From: an uncultured bacterium
GTDB lineage: Bacteria > Chloroflexota > UBA5177 > JANWHV01
Direction: 5' to 3'
Length of the DNA stretch: 64,000 nucleotides
NCBI GenBank assembly: GCA_963827235.1
Contig: CAWHAE010000010.1
Span: 96,001 to 160,000 of the forward strand
Shown: one piece after another, positions 1 through 9,976 of the stretch
How positions within the stretch are numbered: position 1 is the first letter of the stretch
How the letters are laid out: the number at the start of each line of letters is the position of its first letter
Program-made: the position numbers and the translations under genes
The notes under the pieces: generated by a model
The model's database searches: none
What the model was told of the DNA's origin: nothing
Seen by the model: the letters and a program-made list of their open reading frames with translations, nothing else

Positions 1-160
1 AATGGCCGCGGGCAGGCGCTCGGGCCTGCCGTGGTCGCACGATTCCAGGCAACCGGGTTCGCACGCCGCCGGTGTTTGGCGCCTCTTGACCGCATAGGTA
101 CAGTTTCAGTAGGACGTAGCATGGTGGGACGCCGATTAGCGCCGAGAAGTAAGGGACGCG

Positions 161-646
161 ATGAATCCGAAAAGAGGCTGGGGTGTGTTCCGCGGTGCCG
201 ATCAGAAGCCGCTCAGTACCGAGAAGCTGCTGTCCCAGGTCAGCCTGTTTCGCGGCCTCGACCAGACGCAGCTGAGCCAGCTCGCCGCACGCACGGAGAC
301 TCGCCGCTACGAAGGAGGCCAGGTCGTGGTGGCTGAGAACGAGGCCGGCGACGCACTGCACATCGTCGTTTCAGGTTCTCTCGACGTCTACAGGGAGAGG
401 CCGGGTCGCGACCCCGTGCGCATAGACAACCTGGGGCCCGGGCAGTTCTTCGGCGAGATGGCGCTGATCGAGGACTATCCCCGCCTGGCGACCATACGCG
501 CCGCGGAGCCTGCCACCTGTCTCGCCCTGGACAAGAAGCAGTTTCAGGAGGAGCTGGCGGCGCACCCGACGATCGCCGTGGCGCTCGTGCTGGAGGTATC
601 CCGGCGACTGCGCAATACCCTGGACGTGCTCGACGCCAACGGCTAG
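161..646 (+). CDS. Stand-alone cyclic-nucleotide-binding domain protein (CRP-type cNMP domain, no HTH)
   Basis: Phosphate-binding cassette FFGEMALIEDYPRLATIRA; the protein ends right after the C-helix, so it has no DNA-binding domain. Confidence 0.9.
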   Translation: MNPKRGWGVFRGADQKPLSTEKLLSQVSLFRGLDQTQLSQLAARTETRRYEGGQVVVAENEAGDALHIVVSGSLDVYRERPGRDPVRIDNLGPGQFFGEMALIEDYPRLATIRAAEPATCLALDKKQFQEELAAHPTIAVALVLEVSRRLRNTLDVLDANG

Positions 647-717
647 AGGCAGGCCGGTGCCGGCGTTCCGAACCCAGACTCAGCCCAGGGTCGATCGCGG
701 CTTCGTCGTGCACGACG

Positions 718-3700
718 ATGCGCTCTGAGGCGGGCGGGGGCGACGGAAAGCTGCTCGACGCGCTGGCTGCCTTCATACCGATCGACAGGCGGCACGCGCT
801 GGCAAACGGCCGGGACCTGCCGGCTACCGGAAGCGGTGCGGCGCTGTTCGCCGATGTCTCCGGATTTACCGCGCTCACCGAATCGCTGGTACGCACACTG
901 GGGGCGCAGCGCGGCGCGGAGGAGCTCACCCGGTGCCTGAACCAGGTCTACGACGCGCTGATCGGCGAGCTGCACCGCTATGGCGGCAGCGTGGTCGGAT
1001 TCAGCGGCGATGCCGTCACCTGCTGGATCGACGGCGATGACGGCCGGCGAGCAGTGGCCTGCGGCCTGGCCATGCAGCGCACCATGGCACGCTTTGCGGC
1101 GATAGCAGTACCGGGCGGCGGCACGGTCGCCCTCGCCGTCAAGGCCGCGGTTGCCGCCGGCACGGTACGCCGGTTCGTGGTTGGCGACCCGGCCGTGCAG
1201 CTTATCGACGTACTGGCCGGGAGGACTCTCGACCGCCTCGCCGAGGCAGAGCACCTCGCGGAGAAAGGTGAGGTGGTGGTGCACGGCAGCACCGCCATGG
1301 TGCTGTCCGACTTGTTGCCCGATGCGCAGTGGAGGGCCGGCGAGGAGCAGGGGATAGCCGTGGCCGTCGTGGGGTCCGTCGCCTCCGTCGTGGTGCCCAC
1401 GCCCTGGCCTGCGATCGCCGATGGCGCCCTCGAGGAGCGCGCCGCGCGGACGTGGGTACTGCCGGCAGTCTACGAGCGGCTGAGCGCGGCGGGCGGCGAG
1501 TTTCTCGCGGAGTTACGACCCGCCGTCGCACTCTTCGTGCGCTTCGGCGGGCTCGATTTCGAGCACGACGTGAGCGCTCCGGCGATGCTCGACGGTTACG
1601 TTCGATGGGTGCAGGGCGTGCTGGCGCGCCTGGAAGGCACCCTGGTGCAGCTGACGATCGGGGACAAAGGGAGCTACCTCTACGCGGCATTCGGCGCGCC
1701 GGTGGCGCACGAGGACGACGTGGCCCGCGCCCTCGCGGCGGCGTTCGCGCTGCGGTCGCCGCCCGGGACGTTTGCATTCGCACAAGAGCCGCAGATCGGC
1801 ATCAGCCGGGGCCGAATGCGCACGGGGCCCTACGGCTCACGCGAGGCCCGCACCTACGGCGTGCTCGGCGACGAAACGAACACGGCAGCGCGTTTGATGC
1901 AGGCAGCCGCTCCGGGCCAGATCCTGGTCAGCGACACGGCGCAATCGGCCGCGGCAGGCGCCGCGGACTGGGAGCGCCTGCCGCCGATGCGCCTGAAGGG
2001 CAAATCCCACGCGCTGACGGCGTTCGTCGCTCTCGCTCCGGCCGGACGGCGATCTCCGCGGCTGCAGGAGCCCCGCTACACGCTGCCCATGGTGGGGCGC
2101 GAGGCGGAGCTCGAGCAGATCGCTCGGCGCCTGGTGCCGGCGCAAGCGGGGCACGGCCAGATCGTGGGCTTGTCGGCCGAAGCTGGAATGGGCAAGTCCC
2201 GCCTCGTCGCCGAGACGATCCGCCTGGCACAGGAGCGTGGTGTCATCGCCTGTGGAGGAGAATGCCAGTCCTACGGCAGCACGGCAGGCTATCTGGTGTG
2301 GCAAGGCGTCTGGCGCGGGCTGTTCGCCGTGCCATCGGACTGGACGGTGGATCAGCAGATCTCGTCGCTGGAGAGCACGCTCGCGGGTCTCGACCCGGCG
2401 CTGCTGCCGCGCCTGCCGCTGCTTGGGACGCTGCTCAATATTCCCATTCCGGAAAGCGATCTGACCCGGTCATTCGACGGGCAGCTGCGCAAGAGCTCGC
2501 TGGAGGCGTTGCTCGTCGACTGCCTGCGCGCGCTGTCCGCGCGGGCGCCGCTGCTCCTCGTGCTTGAGGATTGCCACTGGATCGACGCCCTCTCCGACGA
2601 CCTGGTCGAGGTGCTCGGCCGCGCAGTGGTGAATCTTCCGGTACTGCTCATGCTGTCGTACAGACCGGTGGACGCCCGGGACGGACCCGGCCATCGACTG
2701 CAAGCGTTGGCGCATTTCTCCGAGATCCAGCTGACCCACTTCGGCCCCGAGGAAACCGGGAAGCTCATCCGTCTCAAGCTCGCGCAGCTCACCGGGGGGC
2801 GGGCCGGCGTTCCGCCTCAGGTCACCGAGCGCATCACGGCGCGCGCCGAAGGCAATCCGTTCTACGTCGAAGAACTGATCAACTACATCCGCGATCGCGG
2901 CATCGATCCACAGGATGCGGCGGCGATGGAGCTGCTGGATCTGCCGGCCAGCCTGCACAGCTTGATCCTCAGCCGTATCGACCGCCTCGACGAGCGCGTG
3001 AAGATCGCGCTGAGGGTGGCCAGCGTTCTGGGCCGCCGGGTAGCGGCCAGCTGGCTGTCCGGAGCCTATCCTCAGCTTGGCGATTTTCACTCGGTGCACG
3101 CTTGTCTAGACACCCTGAGCGCCGTCGACCTGCTGCCGCTGGACCAACCCGAGCCGGATCGCGTCTACATCTTCAAGCACGTGGTGACTCAGGAGGTGGC
3201 GTACGAAAGCCTGCCGTTCGCGTTGCGGTCCCGCCTGCACGCACAGCTCGCCGGTTTCATCGAGCAACGCTACAGCGAAACGGTGGACCAGTATGTGAAC
3301 CTGTTGGCCTTCCACTACGATCGCACGGAGGACCTGGACAAGAGGTGCCACTACCTGATGCGCGCGGGCCAGGCGGCCCAATCTGCCTATGCGCACGTTT
3401 CCGCCGCCGACTACTACCGGCGGTTGCTGGCCCTGGTCTCGGGCGCCCAGCGCATACCTGTGCTGCTCCGGCTGGGTCAGGTGCTGGATTACATGGGCGA
3501 CTGGGCCAGAGCTGCCGACCTGTTCGTTCAGGTCGTCGACCTGGCCGCGGCGTACGACGAGCAGGACGGCGAGGCGTCCGGCCTGCGCGCTTTGGGAGGA
3601 TTGCGCAGGAAGGAGGGTGCCTATCGGGAAGCGGCATCCTATCTGCTCCGCGCTCGAGCCGCTTTCGAGCAGATGAACGATCTCGCCGCGGTGAGCGAGG

Positions 3701-4629
3701 TGACAGCCGAGCTCGGCGAGACGGCACGGCAAATGGGCGATTTCGCCGGGGCGAGCGCACACTACGAGCGGAGCCTGCGGCTGGCCGAGTCACTGGGTGA
3801 CAGGGAACGCTCTATCAGAGCGCAGGCGCAGGCGCTCAAGGGGGCGGGCACGCTGGCCAATCAGCAGGGCGACCGCGAGACCGCCCGCGCCTGCTATGAG
3901 CGGAGCCTCGCGCTGTTCAAGAACCTCGGCGATCGGCCTGCCGTGGCCGTTCTGCTGAACAACCTGGCGGTTACCGCTCGCCACCAGGGAGACCACGCCG
4001 CCGCTCGCGCGATGAACGAGGAGAGCCTGGCCGTTTTCAGAGAGATCGGCGATCGCTGGTCCGTGGGGCAGCTGTTGAACAATCTGGCCTGCGTAGAAGG
4101 CGACCTTGGCGACTACGCGAGCGCGCACCGCTTGTTGGAGGAGAGTCTCGAAATCCGGCGCCAGCTGGGCGACAAGGTGGGCCTGGCGCTCTCGCTGAAC
4201 AGCCTGGGCGACGTGCTGCTCGACGAGGCCGACTACGAGGAAGCACGTCCCGTGCTCGAGGAGAGCCTGCGGCTGAGCTGGGAGCTGGGCGATCGCGCCG
4301 CGGTGGCCTATCTTCTCGACGACTTCGCGGCGCTGGCAGCGGGCCAAGGTCAGACAGCGCGGGCGCTGCGGTTGGCGGGAGCTGCCTCGGCGATCCGCGC
4401 GGCCAGCGGCGCCGCGCTCTCGCACGCCGAGCACGCGCGGTTCGATCGCCGGCTGCGGCCTGCCAGGCAGGCGCTTTCTGCCCGGCAGGCCGCCGAGCTC
4501 GAAGCCGCCGGCCGTGTGATGGAGCCCGAGGACGCAGTCGCCTACGCCTGCGGGGCCGAGCCGACAGGCCGTGGGGAATCCGGCCGCGCCGCACGGCCCG
4601 AGGCAGGAGCTACACCACAGTCAGCGTGA
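718..4629 (+). CDS. Tandem class III adenylate/guanylate cyclase + STAND/AAA ATPase + TPR repeats (sAC-like architecture)
   Basis: C1 motifs ALFADVSGFT and FSGDAV; C2 motifs IGDKGS and YGVLGDETNTAARLM; P-loop AEAGMGKS; Walker B LLVLEDCHW; AEGNPFYVEE; C-terminal TPRs (LNNLA.. repeats). Confidence 0.92.
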   Translation: MRSEAGGGDGKLLDALAAFIPIDRRHALANGRDLPATGSGAALFADVSGFTALTESLVRTLGAQRGAEELTRCLNQVYDALIGELHRYGGSVVGFSGDAVTCWIDGDDGRRAVACGLAMQRTMARFAAIAVPGGGTVALAVKAAVAAGTVRRFVVGDPAVQLIDVLAGRTLDRLAEAEHLAEKGEVVVHGSTAMVLSDLLPDAQWRAGEEQGIAVAVVGSVASVVVPTPWPAIADGALEERAARTWVLPAVYERLSAAGGEFLAELRPAVALFVRFGGLDFEHDVSAPAMLDGYVRWVQGVLARLEGTLVQLTIGDKGSYLYAAFGAPVAHEDDVARALAAAFALRSPPGTFAFAQEPQIGISRGRMRTGPYGSREARTYGVLGDETNTAARLMQAAAPGQILVSDTAQSAAAGAADWERLPPMRLKGKSHALTAFVALAPAGRRSPRLQEPRYTLPMVGREAELEQIARRLVPAQAGHGQIVGLSAEAGMGKSRLVAETIRLAQERGVIACGGECQSYGSTAGYLVWQGVWRGLFAVPSDWTVDQQISSLESTLAGLDPALLPRLPLLGTLLNIPIPESDLTRSFDGQLRKSSLEALLVDCLRALSARAPLLLVLEDCHWIDALSDDLVEVLGRAVVNLPVLLMLSYRPVDARDGPGHRLQALAHFSEIQLTHFGPEETGKLIRLKLAQLTGGRAGVPPQVTERITARAEGNPFYVEELINYIRDRGIDPQDAAAMELLDLPASLHSLILSRIDRLDERVKIALRVASVLGRRVAASWLSGAYPQLGDFHSVHACLDTLSAVDLLPLDQPEPDRVYIFKHVVTQEVAYESLPFALRSRLHAQLAGFIEQRYSETVDQYVNLLAFHYDRTEDLDKRCHYLMRAGQAAQSAYAHVSAADYYRRLLALVSGAQRIPVLLRLGQVLDYMGDWARAADLFVQVVDLAAAYDEQDGEASGLRALGGLRRKEGAYREAASYLLRARAAFEQMNDLAAVSEVTAELGETARQMGDFAGASAHYERSLRLAESLGDRERSIRAQAQALKGAGTLANQQGDRETARACYERSLALFKNLGDRPAVAVLLNNLAVTARHQGDHAAARAMNEESLAVFREIGDRWSVGQLLNNLACVEGDLGDYASAHRLLEESLEIRRQLGDKVGLALSLNSLGDVLLDEADYEEARPVLEESLRLSWELGDRAAVAYLLDDFAALAAGQGQTARALRLAGAASAIRAASGAALSHAEHARFDRRLRPARQALSARQAAELEAAGRVMEPEDAVAYACGAEPTGRGESGRAARPEAGATPQSA

Positions 4630-7600
4630 CGCTGCCGGCGGCAGCATGACCGCTACCGTCTTTCGCGGTCACGGCGAGAACGTACGTGCCTCGTGGGAAC
4701 GACCTGGTGACGGGGAAGGCAGCACTGCGACCAACGGTCTGCCCCGCCGCCAGGCGAACGGCGAACGGAATGCCGACAGATAGCGAGCCGTGGCTTCCGG
4801 TATAGGTGAGAGTGACCTGCCCGGCGACGGTCTGGGTGGTGGCCGTATGGTTGCCCAGCGAGAAGCCTGCAGTCACAATCGAGCCGGTCGTGACCGGACC
4901 GGAGGGGCTGGCAGAAAGAGTCATCGTCAGGTACAGCGGCGGGTAGGCCACGGCGAAGCTCTGGGCGACCGGCGCGGCGGCCAAATAGTCGGCGTTGCCC
5001 GGCTGGTTGGCTGTTATGGTGCAGGTACCCACGCCCACGAGGGTGATCGTCGACCCACTCGTGCCTGAGGACACGCACACGGAGGGAGGGGCAGCGCCAA
5101 AGGTGACCGCGTTGCCCGATCCGCCGCCGGAGGCAGAGACCGTGAACGGGGCACCGCCCAGCAAGCGGTTGGGAAGCAGGGCGAAGGCAATCGTCTGGCC
5201 GGCCGGGAGAATGGTCAACGTGGTGGAGGCAGGCGTGCTGCTTCCCTGGTAATCCGGATCCGTATAGGCCACGGTCGGGTCGCCGATTGCCGAGGCGAAC
5301 GCGGCGCTCACGGTGTAGGAGCCCGCGGGCAGTGAGAGGGCGCCGAGGGTCGCCTTGCCGGTCTGGTCTGTGATCGCAAACGCGTGGGCAACGCCCAGGC
5401 TCCCGCCGTCGATCGTGAAGTACAGGGACTTCTGCGGCAGCCCGGAGCCGCCCGATCGCAGCGTCGCCACCACGCCGGTCGGCGCTGCCGAGCCGTAGAT
5501 GGTGCCGGCCGTCTGCGGACTCAGGGTGAGCGTGGTCTGTGCCGGCGTGACGGTAAAGGCACCCACGCCGGACGAGACGGCGCTGTATGCCGTCGCGGCG
5601 CTCACGGTCCCTCCCGCGTATGAGGCCCACAGGCTGTAGGTGCCCGGCGGCTGGCTGAGCGGCAGCGACATGACGGCCAAACCGTCGCCGCCGGTGGCCG
5701 CTGCCGCCTCCTGGCTGCCAAGGTGTACGCCAATCGTCTGATTGGGCAGGCCCTTGCCAGCGGACTGCAGGCTCACGGTGAGCTGGACCGACGACAGGTA
5801 GGCGCCGCTTGCGGGCGGAGACTGCACGGTGAGGGTCGGCATGTACTGCGTGGGCGGAGACAGCGGCGCGATGGTGAAGTAGGCGCCGTCGTTGGTGTCG
5901 AGGCTGACCAATCCGGTCGCGTTAGCCGCCTGCACCATGTAGACGGTGCCGCCGGACAGCCCGGAGACGGTGCCGGTCCACAGCGTGGGATCGCTGGCGC
6001 TCGCGGTCAGATCGAGCGACTGCCACCGGCGAGCGCCGGCAGGATCGTAGTAGGTGATCCAGACGTCCTGCAGATCCTCGGCGCCGCTCGGCAGCAGCCC
6101 GTTCTGCGCTCGCACCTGGAACGCCACGTTGCCGTTTGAATCGGTCGAGGTGGTGGCGCCGACGATGTCGGGCGCCGGGTCCAGGGCGACACCGGCCGCG
6201 ATCTGAGTGTTCAGCGCAGTGCTGCCCATGTAGTACAGGCGGAACGTGAGGCCGGTGAACAGACGGATCGTGCCTGTCGTCGAGCCCGGGGCCGAGGACT
6301 GGTATTGTGCCGGGGCCACGGCGAGGCTCGTCAGCCCGCCGCTCAGGCCGTCCACGGTGTCGAAGTAATTGGCACTCCACACCTGAGTCGGGTAGAAGAC
6401 GTCTGAGAAGAATGCCGGGTGCGCCACCGAGTTCTCCGTACTCGGCGCGACGGTCATGGGGGTCAGGTTGGGCAGATCGGTGAAGCTGCCGCCGCGGAAA
6501 CCGATGCCGCGCAGCACCTGGTTCGGCAGCGAGGCATTGTAGAGCTGCAGGGGAAAGATCGGATCGAGCGCGTGGGCCACCACGCCGCTGGCCCCACTGT
6601 ACCAGCTTGCCGTCACCGGGTTGTTGCCGCTTGGGTCGGTGAGCTGGGCGCTTTGCGGGGTAGACGCAGGAGACACGGCAATGTCGGTCGAGCCGCCGGC
6701 ATCCTGTCCGATGCTGAGCCCAAGCTTTGCTCCAGGGCCGGTCGCCTCGCCGGTCGACGAGGTGACGATCGAGCTCGAGGCTGCCGGGGTCAGGCGCTGA
6801 CCGGGCATGTTCATTCGCAGCATGGGCAGGCCGTAGAGAGTCGTCTCCAGCAGGGTCTTCTCGTCGATGCCGGCAAGGTCTACATGAGTATTCAGATACT
6901 CCTGCTTGGCGGCGACGCTCGCCACGCCGATCGGCACCGCACCCGTGCCCGTGCGCAACTGCTGCGCCACGTCGACAAAGAGGCGCTCGCCATACTCGGT
7001 CAACACCGTATCGCCGTACGCGTAGCCGGTGGCCGCCAGCAGCGTGGCGCCCTTCTCGGCCATCGCCTCCGGCCAGTCCGGTGACGGTGAAATGCCGGAG
7101 ATGGCATCCTGGCCGGGGATGTTGAGGCCGCCGTGACAGCCGAGCGCCATCACCAGCGTGTTGGTGAGGTTCGCCGTCGAGGTCACCACCTCCGCCGCGC
7201 TGAGCTGCGTCGCGTAATCGGATGCGAGCAGGTTTCCAGCACTGAAGTGACCGGCCAGGAAGACGACGTCGTGGCGGCTGCCGTAGAGCTTCCGGCGCAG
7301 GTCGTCGGCGGTCCATACCGACGGGTCGGTGGAAGCGACCCCCTGGGGCGCTATGAGCTGATCCACGGCAACGCACGTGCCGGTAGCGCTGCAACCGGCC
7401 TGATTGATGCCGGCGGATAGCTCGGCCGACACGCTCGTGGCTGCATCGGCGACGAAGTCGTAGCCGGTCACCAGCGCCGAGCCCGGCGTGATCACGCCGT
7501 TCGCCGCCGTGTAGGCATCGAGCATGCGGCTCGCCTCGGCAGCAGTGTCGACCAATCGGCCCACGGCGATATCCGGGATGGGCATCGTATGGTCGCCGCG

Positions 7601-9976
7601 CGGGATGCCGGTGGTGGAGCCATACTCGTCCTGACCCAGGACGTAGTTGTCTCGCAGGCTGGCCTGCGTCGGACTGCTGTCGCTTACCGGGGGAATGTAG
7701 CCGCTTTCCGGCGCCAGACCCGACTCATCCGGATAGCGGAAGAAGGGTATCGAGTGATCGTCGCCCACGAGCACGACGAACTTCAGGGTGGTCCCGCCGC
7801 CGGACTGGTAGGCGCTCCGGTAGCCCTGAACGATGGACTTGATCTCGTTCGCTACCAGGTTCTTCGCCGCCGGACAGGCGGGGTTAGCGTCCGCCTGGCT
7901 GTTGGCATTGACGACGCGTGGGAACCGGCTCAGATCGACGACCTGGCCGTTCACGTCCGTGCGCGCCACGAAGGCCGTCATTTTGGACAGCAGCGTGGCG
8001 ACGTCGGCCGCGGAGTCACCTGCCCGTGCCGGGTCCCAGCGGGTGGAGTCCCACAGGATGAGGCTTTGGGGCGGGGCGCCGTTGACAGCAGCGATGGGAA
8101 GGCTTCCGTTGGTGCCGGAGACGGGCACGATGCCTCCGCAGACGCCGCCGGTCTGGCTGACCGTGAGCGTGAAGGCGCCGAGCGGCCCGGCGACGCGGAC
8201 GTAGAGATGTCCGGTCAGGTTCCAGGTGTTGCGCTGGATGCTGAGCGACGTCGCCGTCGGGCTCGTGGCGATTGCCATGAGGCTCTCTCGCGGCACGCTC
8301 TGGTAGGCGCCGGCAAGGTACCCGGAAGGCAGGTAGCCCGAAGGCAGGTAGCCGGAGGGGAGATACCCCGAAGGCAAGTAGCCGGACGGGAGATACCCCG
8401 AAGGCAGGTAGCCCGAAGGCAGGTAGCCCGAGGGCAGGTAGCCCGAAGGGAGATAGCCGGAAGGGAGATAGCCGGAAGGGAGATACCCGGAAGGGAGATA
8501 GCCGGAAGGGAGATAGCCCGAGGGCAGATAGCCGGAAGGCAAATAGCCGGAGGGAAGATAGCCGGAAGGGAGGTACCCGGAGGGGGCGTCCTGAATCGCC
8601 AGGTCGGCGGCGACCTGTGAGGCGGTGGAGGGATTGCTGAGGGCGCTATAGAGCTGGCGGATGTCGGAATGGAGGCTGATCACACTGCCCGCCGCGCCGC
8701 TGAAGGTGACCTGTACCTGCGCTCCCGGCTGAACGGGGAGGTCGTACCAACGCTCCTCCCCAATCGTGTAGATGCTTTGCGTGACGGTCGAGCTCCGCGA
8801 GCCGGCCACACCGTCCGGCCAGAGCTGGAGGGCCGTGTCCCAGGAGTCGTTGCCCTGGGTGGCGGTGACACAGGTGGAGAGCGACGAGGCCGGGCCGGAG
8901 GCAGTGCTGGCCGTGGCGGCGATCTGAGAGCCCACGGTATTGAGCGAGCCCTGCACGGAGGGCGAGAACGAGGCGTTGCCGGAGGCGTCCGTCTGCACGG
9001 ACGCGGTGCCTATCGGCGTACCGGGATTGCCGCAGGTTGCAGAGGAGTAGAAGGTGACCAGGTAGGTCGTGGATGGAGCAGCGCCTTCGAGCCCACCGAA
9101 AAGGGCCGTGGCGAAGGTGCCGGCGGACGTACCCGGATGTGTCTCCGCGAGCGTGAGAGCGGGGGCCGGCGGCGGCACCGGCGTCGAGGTAGCAGTGGCG
9201 GTGGCGGTGTCACTCGGCGTGGGCGTGCTCGTGGCGGTGTCACTCGGCGTGGGCGTGCTCGTGTTGGTGGCGGTCGGGGTGGGCGTGCTCGTGTTGGTGG
9301 CGGTCGGGGTGGGCGTGCTCGTATTCGTATCGGTGGACGTGGCCGTGCCGGTCGGAGTGGTGGTGCTCGTCGCCGTATCGGTCGGCACGGGAGGCGAACA
9401 GGTCACCGGCGCCGTGTAGTCCACGATACCGGAGCACTGGGCGCCGGCGATGTAGAGCGTGAACGAGTCGCCCTGGCTCAGCATGTAGGTGCCGTTATTG
9501 CCGGCAATGTAGTTGTCGTAGCCGTTGCCGAAGCTGAACGAGACCGGCCCGGAATCGGCGTACGTCCCGATGAGCAACCCGAGGTGATTGCCGTCCACGC
9601 CGGCGCTCCACGGCGTGTCGCCTGATTGGGCGTGCGTGTCGAAGAACGCCAGCTTGCTGGGGTCGGCGGGGTTAGTGGTCGGGTCGGGTCCGTAGTTGTG
9701 GCCGGTATAGCCGAGCGCGGTTGCATCGCAATACGGGCACGTGCTGGGACTGGGCGCGGCGCCAAATCCGGAGCCGCTGACCGTGACCGTGGGCGGATTC
9801 GTCGCGCTCGAGAAGGACACGCCGGCGATCGTGGCGCTGCCGGCGTGAGCAAGCGGGGTGGTGCCGGCCGGACGCCAGGCACCCGCCGCGGGCAGGACGA
9901 GGCACAGCACGGTGAGCACGGCAACGAGCCCGCGAAGAGCGAGGCGAATGCCGGCGTGGTAAGCGCGACGATCCAA
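4610..9976 (-). CDS. Very large exported multidomain protein: signal peptide, Thr/Pro linker, (PSGYL)18 repeat, C25 gingipain/caspase-like domain, Ig-like domains
   Basis: ORF open 4610-10045; AAGGAGAGG precedes TTG at 9976; N-terminal hydrophobic helix; VLVGDD..IPF, DIAVGRL, FLAGHFS and ALGCHGG resemble C25 motifs with a His/Cys dyad; beta-rich Ig-like C-terminus. Confidence 0.8.
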   Translation of the reverse strand: MDRRAYHAGIRLALRGLVAVLTVLCLVLPAAGAWRPAGTTPLAHAGSATIAGVSFSSATNPPTVTVSGSGFGAAPSPSTCPYCDATALGYTGHNYGPDPTTNPADPSKLAFFDTHAQSGDTPWSAGVDGNHLGLLIGTYADSGPVSFSFGNGYDNYIAGNNGTYMLSQGDSFTLYIAGAQCSGIVDYTAPVTCSPPVPTDTATSTTTPTGTATSTDTNTSTPTPTATNTSTPTPTATNTSTPTPSDTATSTPTPSDTATATATSTPVPPPAPALTLAETHPGTSAGTFATALFGGLEGAAPSTTYLVTFYSSATCGNPGTPIGTASVQTDASGNASFSPSVQGSLNTVGSQIAATASTASGPASSLSTCVTATQGNDSWDTALQLWPDGVAGSRSSTVTQSIYTIGEERWYDLPVQPGAQVQVTFSGAAGSVISLHSDIRQLYSALSNPSTASQVAADLAIQDAPSGYLPSGYLPSGYLPSGYLPSGYLPSGYLPSGYLPSGYLPSGYLPSGYLPSGYLPSGYLPSGYLPSGYLPSGYLPSGYLPSGYLPSGYLAGAYQSVPRESLMAIATSPTATSLSIQRNTWNLTGHLYVRVAGPLGAFTLTVSQTGGVCGGIVPVSGTNGSLPIAAVNGAPPQSLILWDSTRWDPARAGDSAADVATLLSKMTAFVARTDVNGQVVDLSRFPRVVNANSQADANPACPAAKNLVANEIKSIVQGYRSAYQSGGGTTLKFVVLVGDDHSIPFFRYPDESGLAPESGYIPPVSDSSPTQASLRDNYVLGQDEYGSTTGIPRGDHTMPIPDIAVGRLVDTAAEASRMLDAYTAANGVITPGSALVTGYDFVADAATSVSAELSAGINQAGCSATGTCVAVDQLIAPQGVASTDPSVWTADDLRRKLYGSRHDVVFLAGHFSAGNLLASDYATQLSAAEVVTSTANLTNTLVMALGCHGGLNIPGQDAISGISPSPDWPEAMAEKGATLLAATGYAYGDTVLTEYGERLFVDVAQQLRTGTGAVPIGVASVAAKQEYLNTHVDLAGIDEKTLLETTLYGLPMLRMNMPGQRLTPAASSSIVTSSTGEATGPGAKLGLSIGQDAGGSTDIAVSPASTPQSAQLTDPSGNNPVTASWYSGASGVVAHALDPIFPLQLYNASLPNQVLRGIGFRGGSFTDLPNLTPMTVAPSTENSVAHPAFFSDVFYPTQVWSANYFDTVDGLSGGLTSLAVAPAQYQSSAPGSTTGTIRLFTGLTFRLYYMGSTALNTQIAAGVALDPAPDIVGATTSTDSNGNVAFQVRAQNGLLPSGAEDLQDVWITYYDPAGARRWQSLDLTASASDPTLWTGTVSGLSGGTVYMVQAANATGLVSLDTNDGAYFTIAPLSPPTQYMPTLTVQSPPASGAYLSSVQLTVSLQSAGKGLPNQTIGVHLGSQEAAAATGGDGLAVMSLPLSQPPGTYSLWASYAGGTVSAATAYSAVSSGVGAFTVTPAQTTLTLSPQTAGTIYGSAAPTGVVATLRSGGSGLPQKSLYFTIDGGSLGVAHAFAITDQTGKATLGALSLPAGSYTVSAAFASAIGDPTVAYTDPDYQGSSTPASTTLTILPAGQTIAFALLPNRLLGGAPFTVSASGGGSGNAVTFGAAPPSVCVSSGTSGSTITLVGVGTCTITANQPGNADYLAAAPVAQSFAVAYPPLYLTMTLSASPSGPVTTGSIVTAGFSLGNHTATTQTVAGQVTLTYTGSHGSLSVGIPFAVRLAAGQTVGRSAAFPVTRSFPRGTYVLAVTAKDGSGHAAAGSVTLTVV
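8315..8584 (-). repeat. Intragenic 15-bp tandem repeat, 18 units, each encoding PSGYL
   Basis: Counted unit by unit in the DNA (270 bp); peptide identical in every unit, codons vary synonymously. Confidence 0.97.
9180..9385 (-). repeat. Thr/Pro-rich linker repeats (TSTPTPTATN / TSTPTPSDTA, 30-bp units)
   Basis: Repeated gggcgtgctcgtg.. units; TPTP low-complexity protein sequence. Confidence 0.85.

Noticed and set aside
8315-8584. Tandem repeat as a CRISPR array or non-coding VNTR
   Set aside because: No spacers; in frame within a CDS, with variation only at synonymous sites
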